Part shown: positions 39,337 through 49,605 of the stretch, in pieces | Numbering within the stretch: position 1 is the first letter of the stretch | Layout of the letters: each line of letters opens with the position of its first letter | NCBI GenBank assembly: GCA_963631525.1 | Contig: CAVGQQ010000002.1 | Span: forward strand, 35,843-99,842 | Length of the DNA: 64,000 nucleotides | Direction of reading: 5' to 3' | DNA from: a bacterium | Lineage (GTDB): Bacteria; Bacillota; Clostridia; Lachnospirales; Lachnospiraceae | The notes under the pieces: model-generated | Told to the model about the DNA's origin: nothing | Database searches by the model: none | The model's input: the letters and a program-made list of their open reading frames with translations, nothing else | Position numbers and translations under genes: made by a program

Positions 39337-40176
39337 TTATTTGGATTCTATGGAAAGATATTCTGGAAGAATCCATGCGTTGGTGTAAGAATCTATAATA
39401 TTGTTTGCCTCATCTGCAGTTATTTCTTTCCGGGAGTCATTGCCTGAATATACCTGATACCATGTTTCTGTACCATCATCGGTTGTCACGCATGCAACAG
39501 ATTGGATATTATTGATGCTTCCACCGAATACGGTATAGTAATCGTACTGGAATTCTGTTGCACTGTTAGACCCCATGGCGGAGATATAATAGACATTATC
39601 CTCTGCCTGATACCCAATATTCAGCAGACTTCGCTCGTGTGCGGTAATGAGCTTTGCCGCTGTGCTGCCATTGTAGGTCCAGACATCATAAACAGACTTG
39701 CCGGAGGTATCTTTCGGGTTACCAATGATCAGCTCGAGATATCCGTCGTTATCCATATCAATAAGCGCGGCACCGATATCCTCAAATGAAGCTGTGTCAG
39801 AGGTCTTGAATAAAGGACAGATATCCGCATCTAAGCATTTGGCATAATCCCAATTTTCTGAGATAGCTGTCCGATACTTATCAAGTATGGATTTGTATAC
39901 ATTCTGCATGTAATAAGAGCTGGTATCCCCCTCAACAGGTGTAATCTCTCCGGGATTGCCGGACTGCGTTGTTGCGGCAGCCTCCGTGTTGTCAACAGTC
40001 TGGCTTTCGGTTGCAGCCTGCGTTGTGCTTGTCGTACTGCTGTCAGTTTCTGTTGTAAGCTGCTGGGTTGTCTGCGTGCCAGTTGTCTGTCCGCCGGATG
40101 CGCCCTCGCCACATCCACTGAGAGCGCATGCATTTAATGCCAGAAGACATGTGATAATTGCGATTTTTTTCTTCAT
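39337..40176 (-). CDS. Hypothetical lipoprotein
   Basis: Lipobox LSGC, Thr/Gln-rich linker, DMDNDGYLE Ca-binding-like loop. Confidence 0.75.
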   Translation of the reverse strand: MKKKIAIITCLLALNACALSGCGEGASGGQTTGTQTTQQLTTETDSSTTSTTQAATESQTVDNTEAAATTQSGNPGEITPVEGDTSSYYMQNVYKSILDKYRTAISENWDYAKCLDADICPLFKTSDTASFEDIGAALIDMDNDGYLELIIGNPKDTSGKSVYDVWTYNGSTAAKLITAHERSLLNIGYQAEDNVYYISAMGSNSATEFQYDYYTVFGGSINNIQSVACVTTDDGTETWYQVYSGNDSRKEITADEANNIIDSYTNAWILPEYLSIESK

Positions 40177-40441
40177 AAATATATAAGCTCCTTTCGAGAT
40201 GATAATGAAGTATTCACTTCAAAAATTCTATCATTAAAAATAACATAATACTCAAAAAATAGCAATAGATCATCGGTCTGGGTGTCCGGAGATTTATTCC
40301 CAAATAGCAACGTTTTTAATTGTATTTTGCGGAATTCCGGATGACATCCGGATAAAAGAGTTTCTTTCTATGGAAATTTGAATTGATTTTTCAGGGTATC
40401 TGTGCTATCATGTCAAATGTTGGATTGATTTCCAATTTTAT

Positions 40442-40515
40442 CGGTGCGTGGCTCAGCTTGGTAGAGCGCTGCGTTCGGGACGCAGAGGTCGTGGGTTCGA
40501 ATCCCGTCGCACCGA
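40442..40515 (+). tRNA. tRNA-Pro(CGG)
   Basis: CGGTGCG acceptor stem; anticodon arm CTGCG-TTCGGGA-CGCAG; GGTTCGAATCC. Confidence 0.95.
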
Positions 40516-40554
40516 TTTTTTGTACTCTTTTTTAGGAGGAAAGGAGGAATTGGC

Positions 40555-41229
40555 ATGAAATTATTACTTGCAGAAGATGAAGTGGATATGTCCGAGGCGC
40601 TGGTCGATATTCTTACCTATCACAAGTATACGGTGGATGCTGTATTTGATGGGGAAGAAGCACTCGATTATGCAACGATCGGCGAATATGATGGCATTAT
40701 ATTGGATATCATGATGCCGAAACTGAGTGGATTAGAAGTGTTGCAGAAGTTGCGAAGCCGAGGTGACCGGACACCGGTGTTGCTGCTTACGGCAAAGGCA
40801 GAGGTCGAAGACCGGATTGCTGGACTGGATATGGGGGCAGACGATTATCTTCCGAAACCATTTGCGATGGGCGAGCTTCTTGCGCGTATCCGAGCAATGC
40901 TCCGGCGCAAGGAAGAGTTTACCCCAGATATCGTGAAATGTGGCGATCTGTCACTCAATATGCACACCTATGAATTAAGTGGAAATGGACAGTCGTTTGT
41001 ATTGCCGAAGCTGGAATATCAGTTGATGGAAGTTTTTATGCTCAATCAGGGTATTTATATGTCAACGGAAAGCTTGCTGGAAAAAGTATGGGGCTTTGAC
41101 ACGGACGCCGAGGTTGGCGTTGTCTGGGTGTATATTTCATATCTACGGAAACGGCTACAGGCGTTAAATGTACATGTGGAGATTCAGGCAAAACGAGGAA
41201 TCGGATACCGGCTTATAGAGGTGGAGTAA
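40555..41229 (+). CDS. OmpR-family response regulator
   Basis: LAEDE, ILDIMMP, GADDYLPKPF, VWVYISYLRK, KRGIGY. Confidence 0.95.
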   Translation: MKLLLAEDEVDMSEALVDILTYHKYTVDAVFDGEEALDYATIGEYDGIILDIMMPKLSGLEVLQKLRSRGDRTPVLLLTAKAEVEDRIAGLDMGADDYLPKPFAMGELLARIRAMLRRKEEFTPDIVKCGDLSLNMHTYELSGNGQSFVLPKLEYQLMEVFMLNQGIYMSTESLLEKVWGFDTDAEVGVVWVYISYLRKRLQALNVHVEIQAKRGIGYRLIEVE

Positions 41230-41230
41230 A

Positions 41231-42610
41231 TTGGTTAAGACGTTACAGAAGAAGTTCATAATCACAGCGATGATTGCAATTACGGTGCTGCTCGTTGTGA
41301 CGCTAGGTGCGGTCAACGTATTCAATATCAGCCGGCTTCGAAACGAGATGAACAATACGCTTACCATGCTTGTCGAAAATGATGGAATGCGACCGGGGGA
41401 TAACGCCGGCAATCCGCAGCTTGCAACGGTGACGGATGGAATGCAGGAGCCGCCAGCGGCAAATGGGACAGATCAGAATCAGATGGAAGTACCAGATGGC
41501 GTGATGATACCGGATGCTGGGTCGACAGATAATCAGCCAGAACCGCCGGAAGCAAAGGATGACAAACGTCCGAATCTCTTCAACCCGGAGATTAGCGAGG
41601 ACATGGCGATGGCGGCACGATATTTCCTTGTGCGGTTCGATATGGATGGACAGATCGTCTATACAGATGTAAATAATATATCTTCCGTGGATGAGGAGAC
41701 CGCCAATGCATATGCGAGTGAAGTCTATGCGTCTGGAAAGACCTCAGGCAAGAAAGAAGAGTTTCGTTACAGAGTGCAGGCATCGAAAGATGGACGCGGC
41801 ACGAATATTGTATTTTTGAATGTTGGCAGTGACCGGCAATCCATGCTGGCGGTGCTGCTTATATCCAGTCTGATATTTGTCGTTGGCTGGGGCTTGATGT
41901 TACTTTTGGTGATTGCACTTTCCAAGCGTGCGATCCGACCGATCGCAGAGAATCTGGAGAAGCAGAAGCAATTTGTCACAGATGCAGGACATGAGATCAA
42001 GACGCCACTTGCGATTATTCTCGCGAACACAGAAGCGATGGAGCTACATAACGGTGAGAGCAAATGGAGCAAGAACATTCGCAAACAGACCGAGCGTCTG
42101 TCGGGACTGATGAAGAACCTGCTTACGCTGGCACGGATGGAAGAAGGAACGGCACCAGTCATGATGACCGATCTGGATATGAGCAAGCTTACAAAAGAAG
42201 TGGCGGATTCGTTCGTGGAATCTGTGAAACTGAAACAGATTGAGTTGCAGACGAAGATTGCTTCGGATATCAAATTGCATGCAAACCGCGAGGAGATGAC
42301 ACAGCTTCTTACGATCTTGCTGGACAATGCGATTAAATATTCCATCGAGCAGACAGACATTGTGTTTACGCTTGCCAAGCGAGGCAAGGAAGTAACGCTT
42401 AGCTGTGAAAATACATGCGAGAAGCTGCCAGATGTGGAAGCAGACCGGCTCTTCGATCGCTTTTACCGTTCGGATGTGGCACGTACGCAGAAGAGTGGTG
42501 GCTACGGCATCGGACTTTCCGTTGCCCGTGCCATCGTACAAAACCACAAAGGAAAAATTACTGCGGAGTACAAGGACGGCAATCGGATTGTGTTCAAAGT
42601 AGAAATATAA
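41231..42610 (+). CDS. Sensor histidine kinase
   Basis: Two TMs flanking an extracellular region with a Pro/acidic insert; DAGHEIKTPL, LLDNAIKY, GYGIGL. Confidence 0.94.
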   Translation: MVKTLQKKFIITAMIAITVLLVVTLGAVNVFNISRLRNEMNNTLTMLVENDGMRPGDNAGNPQLATVTDGMQEPPAANGTDQNQMEVPDGVMIPDAGSTDNQPEPPEAKDDKRPNLFNPEISEDMAMAARYFLVRFDMDGQIVYTDVNNISSVDEETANAYASEVYASGKTSGKKEEFRYRVQASKDGRGTNIVFLNVGSDRQSMLAVLLISSLIFVVGWGLMLLLVIALSKRAIRPIAENLEKQKQFVTDAGHEIKTPLAIILANTEAMELHNGESKWSKNIRKQTERLSGLMKNLLTLARMEEGTAPVMMTDLDMSKLTKEVADSFVESVKLKQIELQTKIASDIKLHANREEMTQLLTILLDNAIKYSIEQTDIVFTLAKRGKEVTLSCENTCEKLPDVEADRLFDRFYRSDVARTQKSGGYGIGLSVARAIVQNHKGKITAEYKDGNRIVFKVEI

Positions 42611-42614
42611 GAAG

Positions 42615-42645
42615 AAAGAGAGGATCTGGATTGATCCTCTCTTTT
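42615..42645. terminator. Bidirectional terminator
   Basis: AAAGAGAGGATC-loop-GATCCTCTCTTTT. Confidence 0.75.
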
Positions 42646-42675
42646 CACGTGTGTTTAAAGATATCTTTTTATGGA

Positions 42676-42870
42676 TTATTGCTTTTGGGATAATAAAGCC
42701 TTTAAATGTGCAATTTCTTCCTTTGATTGCTGTAATTCAATTTCCGCCTGTTTTTGTTTGGCTTCCGCTTGTTTCCGTATCTCTTTTTCCTGAGCGACCT
42801 GATCCTGCAGTTCTTCAATCATGTATTTCACTGTATTTTTATCTGCAATTTTTAATGCCTCTGAAAACAT
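42676..42870 (-). CDS. Putative nested in-frame small protein (Rpn-S-like, 64 aa coiled coil)
   Basis: GAGGAGGTGGT SD (42875-42885, minus strand) just before an in-frame ATG at 42870. Confidence 0.55.
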   Translation of the reverse strand: MFSEALKIADKNTVKYMIEELQDQVAQEKEIRKQAEAKQKQAEIELQQSKEEIAHLKALLSQKQ

Positions 42871-43722
42871 GTGAACCACCTCCTCAGGTTTATTTACATA
42901 TGAACTCATTTCATGGAATATTGTTTTACTCCATGAATAGCGTCTGATTACGCGTTCTACATCTGCCATTGTCTCTGCGGTCAGGATAGAGAGCCAGCCT
43001 CCCAAGTTATTCATGTCGCAATTAACAGTTTCCAAAGTATCTGAATTCTTATCATTAGTATATACGTTTTGGCAGAATACATCAAGTGCAATTAAAAAGT
43101 ATTCCTGTAGCAGATCCATCTTAAGCCCAGTGTCAAAACGGGTTTTGCCGTGATGAATGTATGCGCCATGCAATAGTGGATCTTTAAAATTGGTACCTGT
43201 TTTTTCGTAAAGAACGATGGTGTAAACTTTCTTCATGTCAGAATACTTAAATCCCGTTTTCTTCTTCAATCGGGTGTATTCGCGGAGCAGCAGGTCAGAA
43301 GAGTAGCAGGATATGCGTTCTGCTGTGAACATGTATGGAAGTTTCTGAATTTCAACATTGGCAAGTGAGCCATCACTTAACCGGACAATGATATCCATAA
43401 TCAGCAGGGAATCAACAGATATGGCAGTATTTTCTGATGGAAGAATTTGTTCCACTACAACGGATTCGCCAAGAATTGCGCTAAGCAGATGAGACAGCCA
43501 ATCTGGATGTCTGTCTGGGTGAAACATACATTTGAAGAATGGATCGTAAGTGAGCGGCATTGTTTTCTTGCCGGTCATGTAATCATCGAAGCGTTTCTTC
43601 CATGTTTCGTCGAGCAAGATATAGTCTGCATACAGATTATTCTGTTTCATAGCTTCTTCAAGTTTGTTTACAGTTGGATAGAATGTGTTCAGTGGTTCCT
43701 TGGTTACTGTTTCATTAGTCAT
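42676..43722 (-). CDS. Rpn-like PD-(D/E)XK nuclease family transposase
   Basis: LTYDPFFK.MF, IMDIIVRL.DGSLANVEIQK, VYTIVLYE, C-terminal coiled coil. Confidence 0.8.
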   Translation of the reverse strand: MTNETVTKEPLNTFYPTVNKLEEAMKQNNLYADYILLDETWKKRFDDYMTGKKTMPLTYDPFFKCMFHPDRHPDWLSHLLSAILGESVVVEQILPSENTAISVDSLLIMDIIVRLSDGSLANVEIQKLPYMFTAERISCYSSDLLLREYTRLKKKTGFKYSDMKKVYTIVLYEKTGTNFKDPLLHGAYIHHGKTRFDTGLKMDLLQEYFLIALDVFCQNVYTNDKNSDTLETVNCDMNNLGGWLSILTAETMADVERVIRRYSWSKTIFHEMSSYVNKPEEVVHMFSEALKIADKNTVKYMIEELQDQVAQEKEIRKQAEAKQKQAEIELQQSKEEIAHLKALLSQKQ

Positions 43723-43980
43723 AAGCTTGTCCTCCTAAAAAAGCAAATTTCACATGTAAAAGTACAGTTGTTAATGAGTAATAATTAAAATTTGCGCGCA
43801 AAGGGTAATAATTGTATTCGAAGAATCGAATAGAAAAATCGAATAGAAAAATTTAAATCAATAGACTGTTACCGAACTACGCTATGAACGAGCGCTTCTC
43901 GACAACAAAGAAACCTTATCATGAATTAAGTATGGATGTAAAGAGCTTTTTCAAAATGCAACAAATTGTTGCATTTTTGT

Positions 43981-44015
43981 TTTCTAAGGTAAATTTAAGG
44001 TAGCCCCCGTATACT
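43981..44015 (+). promoter_or_regulatory. OmpR-type direct-repeat box TAAGGT-N5-TAAGGT plus TATACT -10 of the VTC operon
   Basis: 11-bp period; 28/35 identical to 58291-58325 (minus strand). Confidence 0.7.
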
Positions 44016-44071
44016 CATTATCAGAGCAGGAAATCCTGCAACGATACGAGACAAGATCTGGAGGTGAGACT

Positions 44072-44752
44072 ATGAATTACAGACACGAACTAAAGCATGA
44101 GATAACTTATGGCGATATGCTTTGTCTGCGCGGACGCCTGAATGCGGTCGCACATGCAGACGCACACGGCGATCATGGAAAATATCACATTCGCAGCCTG
44201 TATTTTGACAATCTGTACGATAAAGCGTTTATGGAGAAGATTAACGGCGTGAACTGCAGGGAGAAATACCGCCTGCGCTATTACGATGGCGATACATCTG
44301 TGATCCATCTGGAGAAAAAATCGAAGATCAACGGACTATCCTGCAAACAGAGTGTGCAGGTGACTGCAGAGCAGGTGACACAGATTCTGCGTGGCGATGT
44401 CGCGTGGCTTCAGGAGTCAGAAGAACCACTGCTGCGGGAATTCTACACGAAGCTTGTGAATCAGGGTCTGCGACCGAAGACGATCGTCGATTATACGCGG
44501 GAAGCATTTACCTATGCGCCCGGAAATGTGCGGGTGACGATGGACTACGATATACGAACCGGCATGTATGGATTGGATTTCCTGAATGCAGAATGTGTCA
44601 CGCTTCCGATTATCGAGAATCACCGGATTCTGGAAGTGAAATGGGACGCATACCTGCCGGATTGTATCCGTAGTGCAGTCCAGCTTGGAAATCAGGGCAC
44701 GCAGAGCTTCTCGAAATATGCGGCGTGCCGGGCATATGAATATGCCGGTTAG
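44072..44752 (+). CDS. VTC (polyphosphate polymerase) domain protein
   Basis: RHELKH, IRSLYFD, REKYRLRYY, LEKKSK, VDYTREA, RVTMD, ILEVKW, FSKY. Confidence 0.92.
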   Translation: MNYRHELKHEITYGDMLCLRGRLNAVAHADAHGDHGKYHIRSLYFDNLYDKAFMEKINGVNCREKYRLRYYDGDTSVIHLEKKSKINGLSCKQSVQVTAEQVTQILRGDVAWLQESEEPLLREFYTKLVNQGLRPKTIVDYTREAFTYAPGNVRVTMDYDIRTGMYGLDFLNAECVTLPIIENHRILEVKWDAYLPDCIRSAVQLGNQGTQSFSKYAACRAYEYAG

Positions 44753-44800
44753 GAACAACAGATAAAAAGAGAATGACAGGAAGAAAAAAGGAGGAACCCT

Positions 44801-45469
44801 ATGGGATTTGGAGATATTTTTAAGTCAAGTTTTTTGGAGAATATAGCGAGCGTGAGTATTCTGGATATGGTGATTGCACTGGTGCTTGCATTTGGAATCG
44901 GTATGTTTATTTTCTTTGTCTATAAGAAGACGTACTCCGGTGTGATGTATGCGCCGGGATTTGGTGTGACGCTGGTCGCACTCACGATGATCACAACCGT
45001 TGTGATCTTAGCCGTAACCTCGAACGTCGTGTTGTCACTTGGTATGGTCGGTGCACTTTCAATCGTGCGTTTCCGTGCGGCAATCAAAGATCCGCTTGAT
45101 ATCGCATTTTTGTTCTGGTCGATTGCAGTCGGCATCGTGCTTGCGGCAGGTATGCTTCCACTTGCACTGATCGGAAGTATTTTCATTGGCGTGATGCTTC
45201 TCGTATTTGTCAACCGGAAATCACATGTACATCCATACATTCTGATCGTACAGTGTGACGGACACGACAGCGAGGTGAAGGTGCGCGAGTTCATGGAGAA
45301 GCAGGTGAAAAAATGCGTAGTCAAAAGCAAGGTCGCACAGCCGGGACATGTGGAGCTGAATCTGGAGGTGCGCATGAAGGATGACAATGCAGACTTTGTA
45401 AATATTTTGTCAGAAATGGATGGCGTGAGCAGTGCATCGCTTGTCAGCTTCAACGGAGAGTATTTGTAG
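44801..45469 (+). CDS. DUF4956 family membrane protein
   Basis: SLGMVGALSIVRFR..IKDP; canonical partner of the VTC gene. Confidence 0.9.
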   Translation: MGFGDIFKSSFLENIASVSILDMVIALVLAFGIGMFIFFVYKKTYSGVMYAPGFGVTLVALTMITTVVILAVTSNVVLSLGMVGALSIVRFRAAIKDPLDIAFLFWSIAVGIVLAAGMLPLALIGSIFIGVMLLVFVNRKSHVHPYILIVQCDGHDSEVKVREFMEKQVKKCVVKSKVAQPGHVELNLEVRMKDDNADFVNILSEMDGVSSASLVSFNGEYL

Positions 45470-45507
45470 GCAGCGCATGGAAGAAAGAACTTTAAGGAGG
45501 TGATGCG

Positions 45508-47445
45508 ATGTCGACCAGCAAACATATTGACAAGATTTGCTGTATCATTTTGATATTTACCATTCTGATCACGGTCGTGTTCTGCAATGCGGAGAGTCTG
45601 GGCGTGAATAAGCTCCCGATTACGATGGGATATGAGAAGAAGCTGTTTGATACATCGAAGGTGCATACGATCGATATTGTGATGGACGATTGGGATTCTT
45701 TTATCGATGGCTGTGAGGACGAGGAATACGTGTCCTGTGCAGTTGTAATTGACAACGAAGCCTATAAAAATGTTGCGATCCGTGCAAAGGGCAATACATC
45801 CTTAAGCTCGGTTGCCGCTTATGGCAATGACCGGTACAGCTTCAAGATTGAGTTCGACCATTACGACAGCGGCAAAAGCTATCATGGTCTGGATAAATTA
45901 TCACTCAACAATATCATTCAGGATAATACATACATGAAGGACTACCTGTGCTACCAGATGATGGGCTATATGGGCGTGGATGCGCCGCTTTGCAGCTATG
46001 TCTGGATCACAGTTAATGGGGAAGCGTGGGGGTTGTATCTCGCAGTTGAAGGCGTGGAGGACAGCTTCTTAGAGCGAAACTACGGCACTTCATATGGAGA
46101 ACTGTATAAGCCGGATAGCCAGTCGATGGGCGGCGGTCGTGGAAATGGTGCGGATATCTCTGAGACGGAACTAGCTGAACAATTTCTGGGTGGTGACACA
46201 GCGAGTGACAGTGATGCAACTGTAGATGGACAGAAAATGCAACCACCAGATGGAGATTTCGCAGGTGGACAGGAAATGCAGCCACCGGATGGAGATTCCG
46301 CGGGTGGACAGGATATACAGAAACCAGATGGAGATTCTTCAGATGGACAGAAGATGGAACCACCGACAGGTACGGAGTCGGACGGTCAGAAAATGCAGAG
46401 ACCAGATGGTGATATGGGCGATAAGCAAGGCGGACCGGGCGGCGGCATGGGAAGTGACGATGTGTCACTCATCTATTCGGATGATGAATATAGCAGCTAC
46501 AGCAATATCTTCGATAACGCCAAGACGGATATTACCGATGAGGATAAAGACCGCCTGATCGCTTCGCTGAAGTCTCTGAATGAGAATTCAGATATCGAAG
46601 ATGTGGTAAATGTAGACGAGGTAATACGGTATTTCGTCGTACATAATTTCGTCTGCAACTTCGATAGCTATACTGGTTCGATGATACATAATTACTATCT
46701 GTACGAAGAAGATGGACAGCTTTCGATGATTCCGTGGGATTACAATCTCGCCTTTGGCGGATTCTCAGCGGGCGGCGGAGGCAGTGATTCGGCAACACAG
46801 ATGGTGAACTATCCGATCGATACACCGGTATCTGGTGGAACGGTAGATTCCCGCCCGATGCTTGCATGGATCTTTGCGGATGAGAACTACACAGAACTGT
46901 ATCACACGTATTTTGATACATTTATCTCCGAATATTTTGAAAGCGGATATTTCGAGAATCTGATCACAGAGACGGAGAACCTGATTGCTTCTTATGTGGA
47001 GCAGGATCCGACGAAATTCTGTACCTACGAAGAGTTCGAGACAGGTGTGGATACGTTGAAATCGTTCTGCCTGCTTCGGGCAGAGAGCATTCGCGGACAG
47101 TTGGATGGCACGATTCCATCCACAAGTGATGGGCAGCAGGAAGATGATTCTACACTCGTCGATGTTTCATCCATTTCCCTTACGGATATGGGAAGCATGG
47201 GACATGGCGGCGGTACACCGGGCGATGGTGACCGACCAGATATGTCGGATGAGAACGGAGGACAGACGCCGGGCGATGGCGAGCGACCGGATATGCCGGA
47301 CGAGAATGGAGGACAGATGCCGGACGATGGCAACAGACCGGATATGCCAGATGGCAATGGCGGAACACCGCCAGAACGACCGGATGGAGATAACGGACAG
47401 ATGCCGGGAGGAACTCGAACGCAGCAAAATGAAAATGAAGATTAG
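45508..47445 (+). CDS. CotH kinase family protein
   Basis: AIRAKGNTSL, SFKIEFDHY, GLDKLSLNN, GLYLAVE, DSY...HNYYLY, IPWDYNLAFG. Confidence 0.9.
   Translation: MSTSKHIDKICCIILIFTILITVVFCNAESLGVNKLPITMGYEKKLFDTSKVHTIDIVMDDWDSFIDGCEDEEYVSCAVVIDNEAYKNVAIRAKGNTSLSSVAAYGNDRYSFKIEFDHYDSGKSYHGLDKLSLNNIIQDNTYMKDYLCYQMMGYMGVDAPLCSYVWITVNGEAWGLYLAVEGVEDSFLERNYGTSYGELYKPDSQSMGGGRGNGADISETELAEQFLGGDTASDSDATVDGQKMQPPDGDFAGGQEMQPPDGDSAGGQDIQKPDGDSSDGQKMEPPTGTESDGQKMQRPDGDMGDKQGGPGGGMGSDDVSLIYSDDEYSSYSNIFDNAKTDITDEDKDRLIASLKSLNENSDIEDVVNVDEVIRYFVVHNFVCNFDSYTGSMIHNYYLYEEDGQLSMIPWDYNLAFGGFSAGGGGSDSATQMVNYPIDTPVSGGTVDSRPMLAWIFADENYTELYHTYFDTFISEYFESGYFENLITETENLIASYVEQDPTKFCTYEEFETGVDTLKSFCLLRAESIRGQLDGTIPSTSDGQQEDDSTLVDVSSISLTDMGSMGHGGGTPGDGDRPDMSDENGGQTPGDGERPDMPDENGGQMPDDGNRPDMPDGNGGTPPERPDGDNGQMPGGTRTQQNENED
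46225..46413 (+). repeat. 39-bp coding repeat x5 (DGQKMQPPDGDxx)
   Basis: Visible in both DNA and protein. Confidence 0.8.
47215..47367 (+). repeat. 51-bp coding repeat x3 (TPGDGERPDMPDENGGQ)
   Basis: Visible in both DNA and protein. Confidence 0.8.
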
Positions 47446-47495
47446 CATAAATTAGTCTGTAATCCCAGTAAATTCAACACTGAAAACGATTTCAC

Positions 47496-47530
47496 AAGAT
47501 GGTAAATCTTTCGATTTGCCATCTTTTTTT
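47496..47530 (+). terminator. Terminator of the VTC operon
   Basis: AAGATGGTAAATC-loop-GATTTGCCATCTT followed by Ts. Confidence 0.75.
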
Positions 47531-47582
47531 ATGCATGTAACGGAAATTAAATGACGAAAATTCCAAGGATTATAACATATGC

Positions 47583-47598
47583 GTGAAATGGTTTTCAC
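47583..47598. promoter_or_regulatory. LacI/cre-like palindrome GTGAAA-TGGT-TTTCAC upstream of metK
   Basis: 6-bp inverted arms; related TGAAAACGATTTCA at 47481-47494. Confidence 0.4.
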
Positions 47599-47675
47599 AT
47601 TCACAGATTTATTTTTGTGCCTGACGCGATTATGATAGCCCTAACAAAAAACAAAGAGAAAAGGAGTACAGGCGT

Positions 47676-48869
47676 ATGGGAAAATTATTTACATCAGAAT
47701 CAGTAACAGAAGGACATCCGGATAAGATTGCGGATCAGATCTCCGATGCAATTTTAGATGCATTACTCGAGCAGGACCCTTATTCCAGAGTGGCAGCAGA
47801 AACGACAGTTGCAACGGGTATTGCATTAGTCGTTGGTGAGATCACAACAAAGGCATATGTCGATATTGCGAAAATAGCAAGAGACACAATCCGGGAGATC
47901 GGCTACGTGAATAACGTGGATGGATACAACGCAAATTCGATTGCGGTGCTTACATCCATTGATGAGCAGTCAGCTGATATTGCACTTGGTGTGGATCAGG
48001 CGTTTGAGTCAAAACAGGATGGTGCAACTGAGGATTTTGGAACAGGAGCAGGAGATCAGGGAATTATCTTTGGATATGCAACCGATGAGACACCGGAATA
48101 TCTTCCACCGGCAATTTCGTTTGCACACAGACTGACAAGACAGCTCACAAAAGTAAGAAAGGATGGCACGCTTCCATATCTCCGACCGGATGGAAAGTCA
48201 CAGGTGACAGTGGAATTTGGCGAAGACGGACAGACAGTAAAGCGGATTCATACAATTGTTATTTCAACCCAGCATGCGGAGGAGATAAGTCTGGAGCAGA
48301 TCCGGAAGGATGTGATTGAATATGTGATCAAGCCGGTGATACCTGCGGAGCTTCTGGATGAAGATACCATTTATTATGTGAATCCAACCGGGAGATTTGT
48401 AATCGGAGGACCTCAGGGCGATTCCGGACTGACCGGAAGAAAAATCATTGTGGATACCTATGGTGGAACCGGACGTCATGGTGGCGGTGCTTTCTCCGGA
48501 AAAGATCCAACAAAGGTCGATCGTTCTGCCGCTTATGCAGCCAGATGGGTAGCAAAGAATCTAGTCGCTGCAGGCGTGGCGAAGAAAATTGAGCTGGAGC
48601 TCGCGTATGCGATTGGTGTGGCGAAGCCGGTGTCGATAGCAGTGGAAACATTTGGAACGGGGGTAATCAGTGATGAAAAAATTGTGGAGATTATTGAAAA
48701 TGTATTCGATCTTCGACCAGCAGCGATCATTGATGCGCTGGATCTTAGAAGACCAATCTATAAGCAGACTGCAGCGTATGGACATTTTGGGCGCAATGAT
48801 ATCGACTTACCTTGGGAACACCTGGATAAGGTAGCGGAGATAAAGGCATATGAAGAAAAAAATATTTGA
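47676..48869 (+). CDS. metK: S-adenosylmethionine synthetase
   Basis: [43 protein letters not shown]. Confidence 0.98.
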   Translation: MGKLFTSESVTEGHPDKIADQISDAILDALLEQDPYSRVAAETTVATGIALVVGEITTKAYVDIAKIARDTIREIGYVNNVDGYNANSIAVLTSIDEQSADIALGVDQAFESKQDGATEDFGTGAGDQGIIFGYATDETPEYLPPAISFAHRLTRQLTKVRKDGTLPYLRPDGKSQVTVEFGEDGQTVKRIHTIVISTQHAEEISLEQIRKDVIEYVIKPVIPAELLDEDTIYYVNPTGRFVIGGPQGDSGLTGRKIIVDTYGGTGRHGGGAFSGKDPTKVDRSAAYAARWVAKNLVAAGVAKKIELELAYAIGVAKPVSIAVETFGTGVISDEKIVEIIENVFDLRPAAIIDALDLRRPIYKQTAAYGHFGRNDIDLPWEHLDKVAEIKAYEEKNI

Positions 48870-49605
48870 GAAAATAGAACAGATTCTTCCGATCATCCTG
48901 CTTTTGCTCATCTGGTATCTGGTAACGGAACGGGAAGTCTATAACAGCCTTCTGTTCCCAAAGCTGTCGCAGGTGTGGGAGTCCGCATTTCAGAAGATAA
49001 AGGATGGAACGCTTCTGCTTGCGATTGGAATCAGTCTGCGGCGCGTGTTGCTTGGCTATATCGTTGCAGCACTTGTCGGAATTACACTGGGAATTGTGAT
49101 TGGCTTGTCGAAGCATATGTACAGAATCACGGATCTGATCATTCAGATCCTGAAGCCGATTCCGCCGATCGCATGGATTCCACTTACGATTCTGTGGATG
49201 GGGATCGGGGAAAATTCAAAGGTCTTTCTGATATTTTTAGGTGGATTTTTCACGATATTGCTGAATACACTTGATGGAATCCGCTATACCGATGCGAAGC
49301 TTCTGGAGGTTGCACGGGTGATGGAGACACCGAAGCCAAAATATATTTTTCGGCTTGTGATACCTGCAGCGTTTCCGTCAATATTTACAGGGCTGCGCGT
49401 GGCGATGGGAACCTGTTGGACGTGTGTGGTTGCAGCGGAGCTGGTAGCTTCGAGCAGCGGCGTAGGATATATGATTTCCAATGCGCGGAATTTCGGACAG
49501 CTGGATGTCGTGATTGTAGGAATGATAGCGATTGGTATCGTAGGAAAAATCATGGACGTTATCTTAAAACTGGTCGAGAGGAGGGTGCTTAGTTGGAATT
49601 ATTAG
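48850..49605 (+). CDS. Sulfonate/nitrate-type ABC permease (SsuC/TauC-like)
   Basis: [24 protein letters not shown]; overlaps the end of metK by 20 nt. Confidence 0.92.
   Translation: MKKKIFEKIEQILPIILLLLIWYLVTEREVYNSLLFPKLSQVWESAFQKIKDGTLLLAIGISLRRVLLGYIVAALVGITLGIVIGLSKHMYRITDLIIQILKPIPPIAWIPLTILWMGIGENSKVFLIFLGGFFTILLNTLDGIRYTDAKLLEVARVMETPKPKYIFRLVIPAAFPSIFTGLRVAMGTCWTCVVAAELVASSSGVGYMISNARNFGQLDVVIVGMIAIGIVGKIMDVILKLVERRVLSWNY

Noticed and set aside
40442..40555. tRNA-Pro as integration site of an island
   Set aside because: No tyrosine integrase adjacent and no duplicated tRNA 3' end noticed in the window.
47446..47675. SAM riboswitch upstream of metK
   Set aside because: No S-box or SMK consensus visible; the only hairpin is the terminator of the upstream operon.
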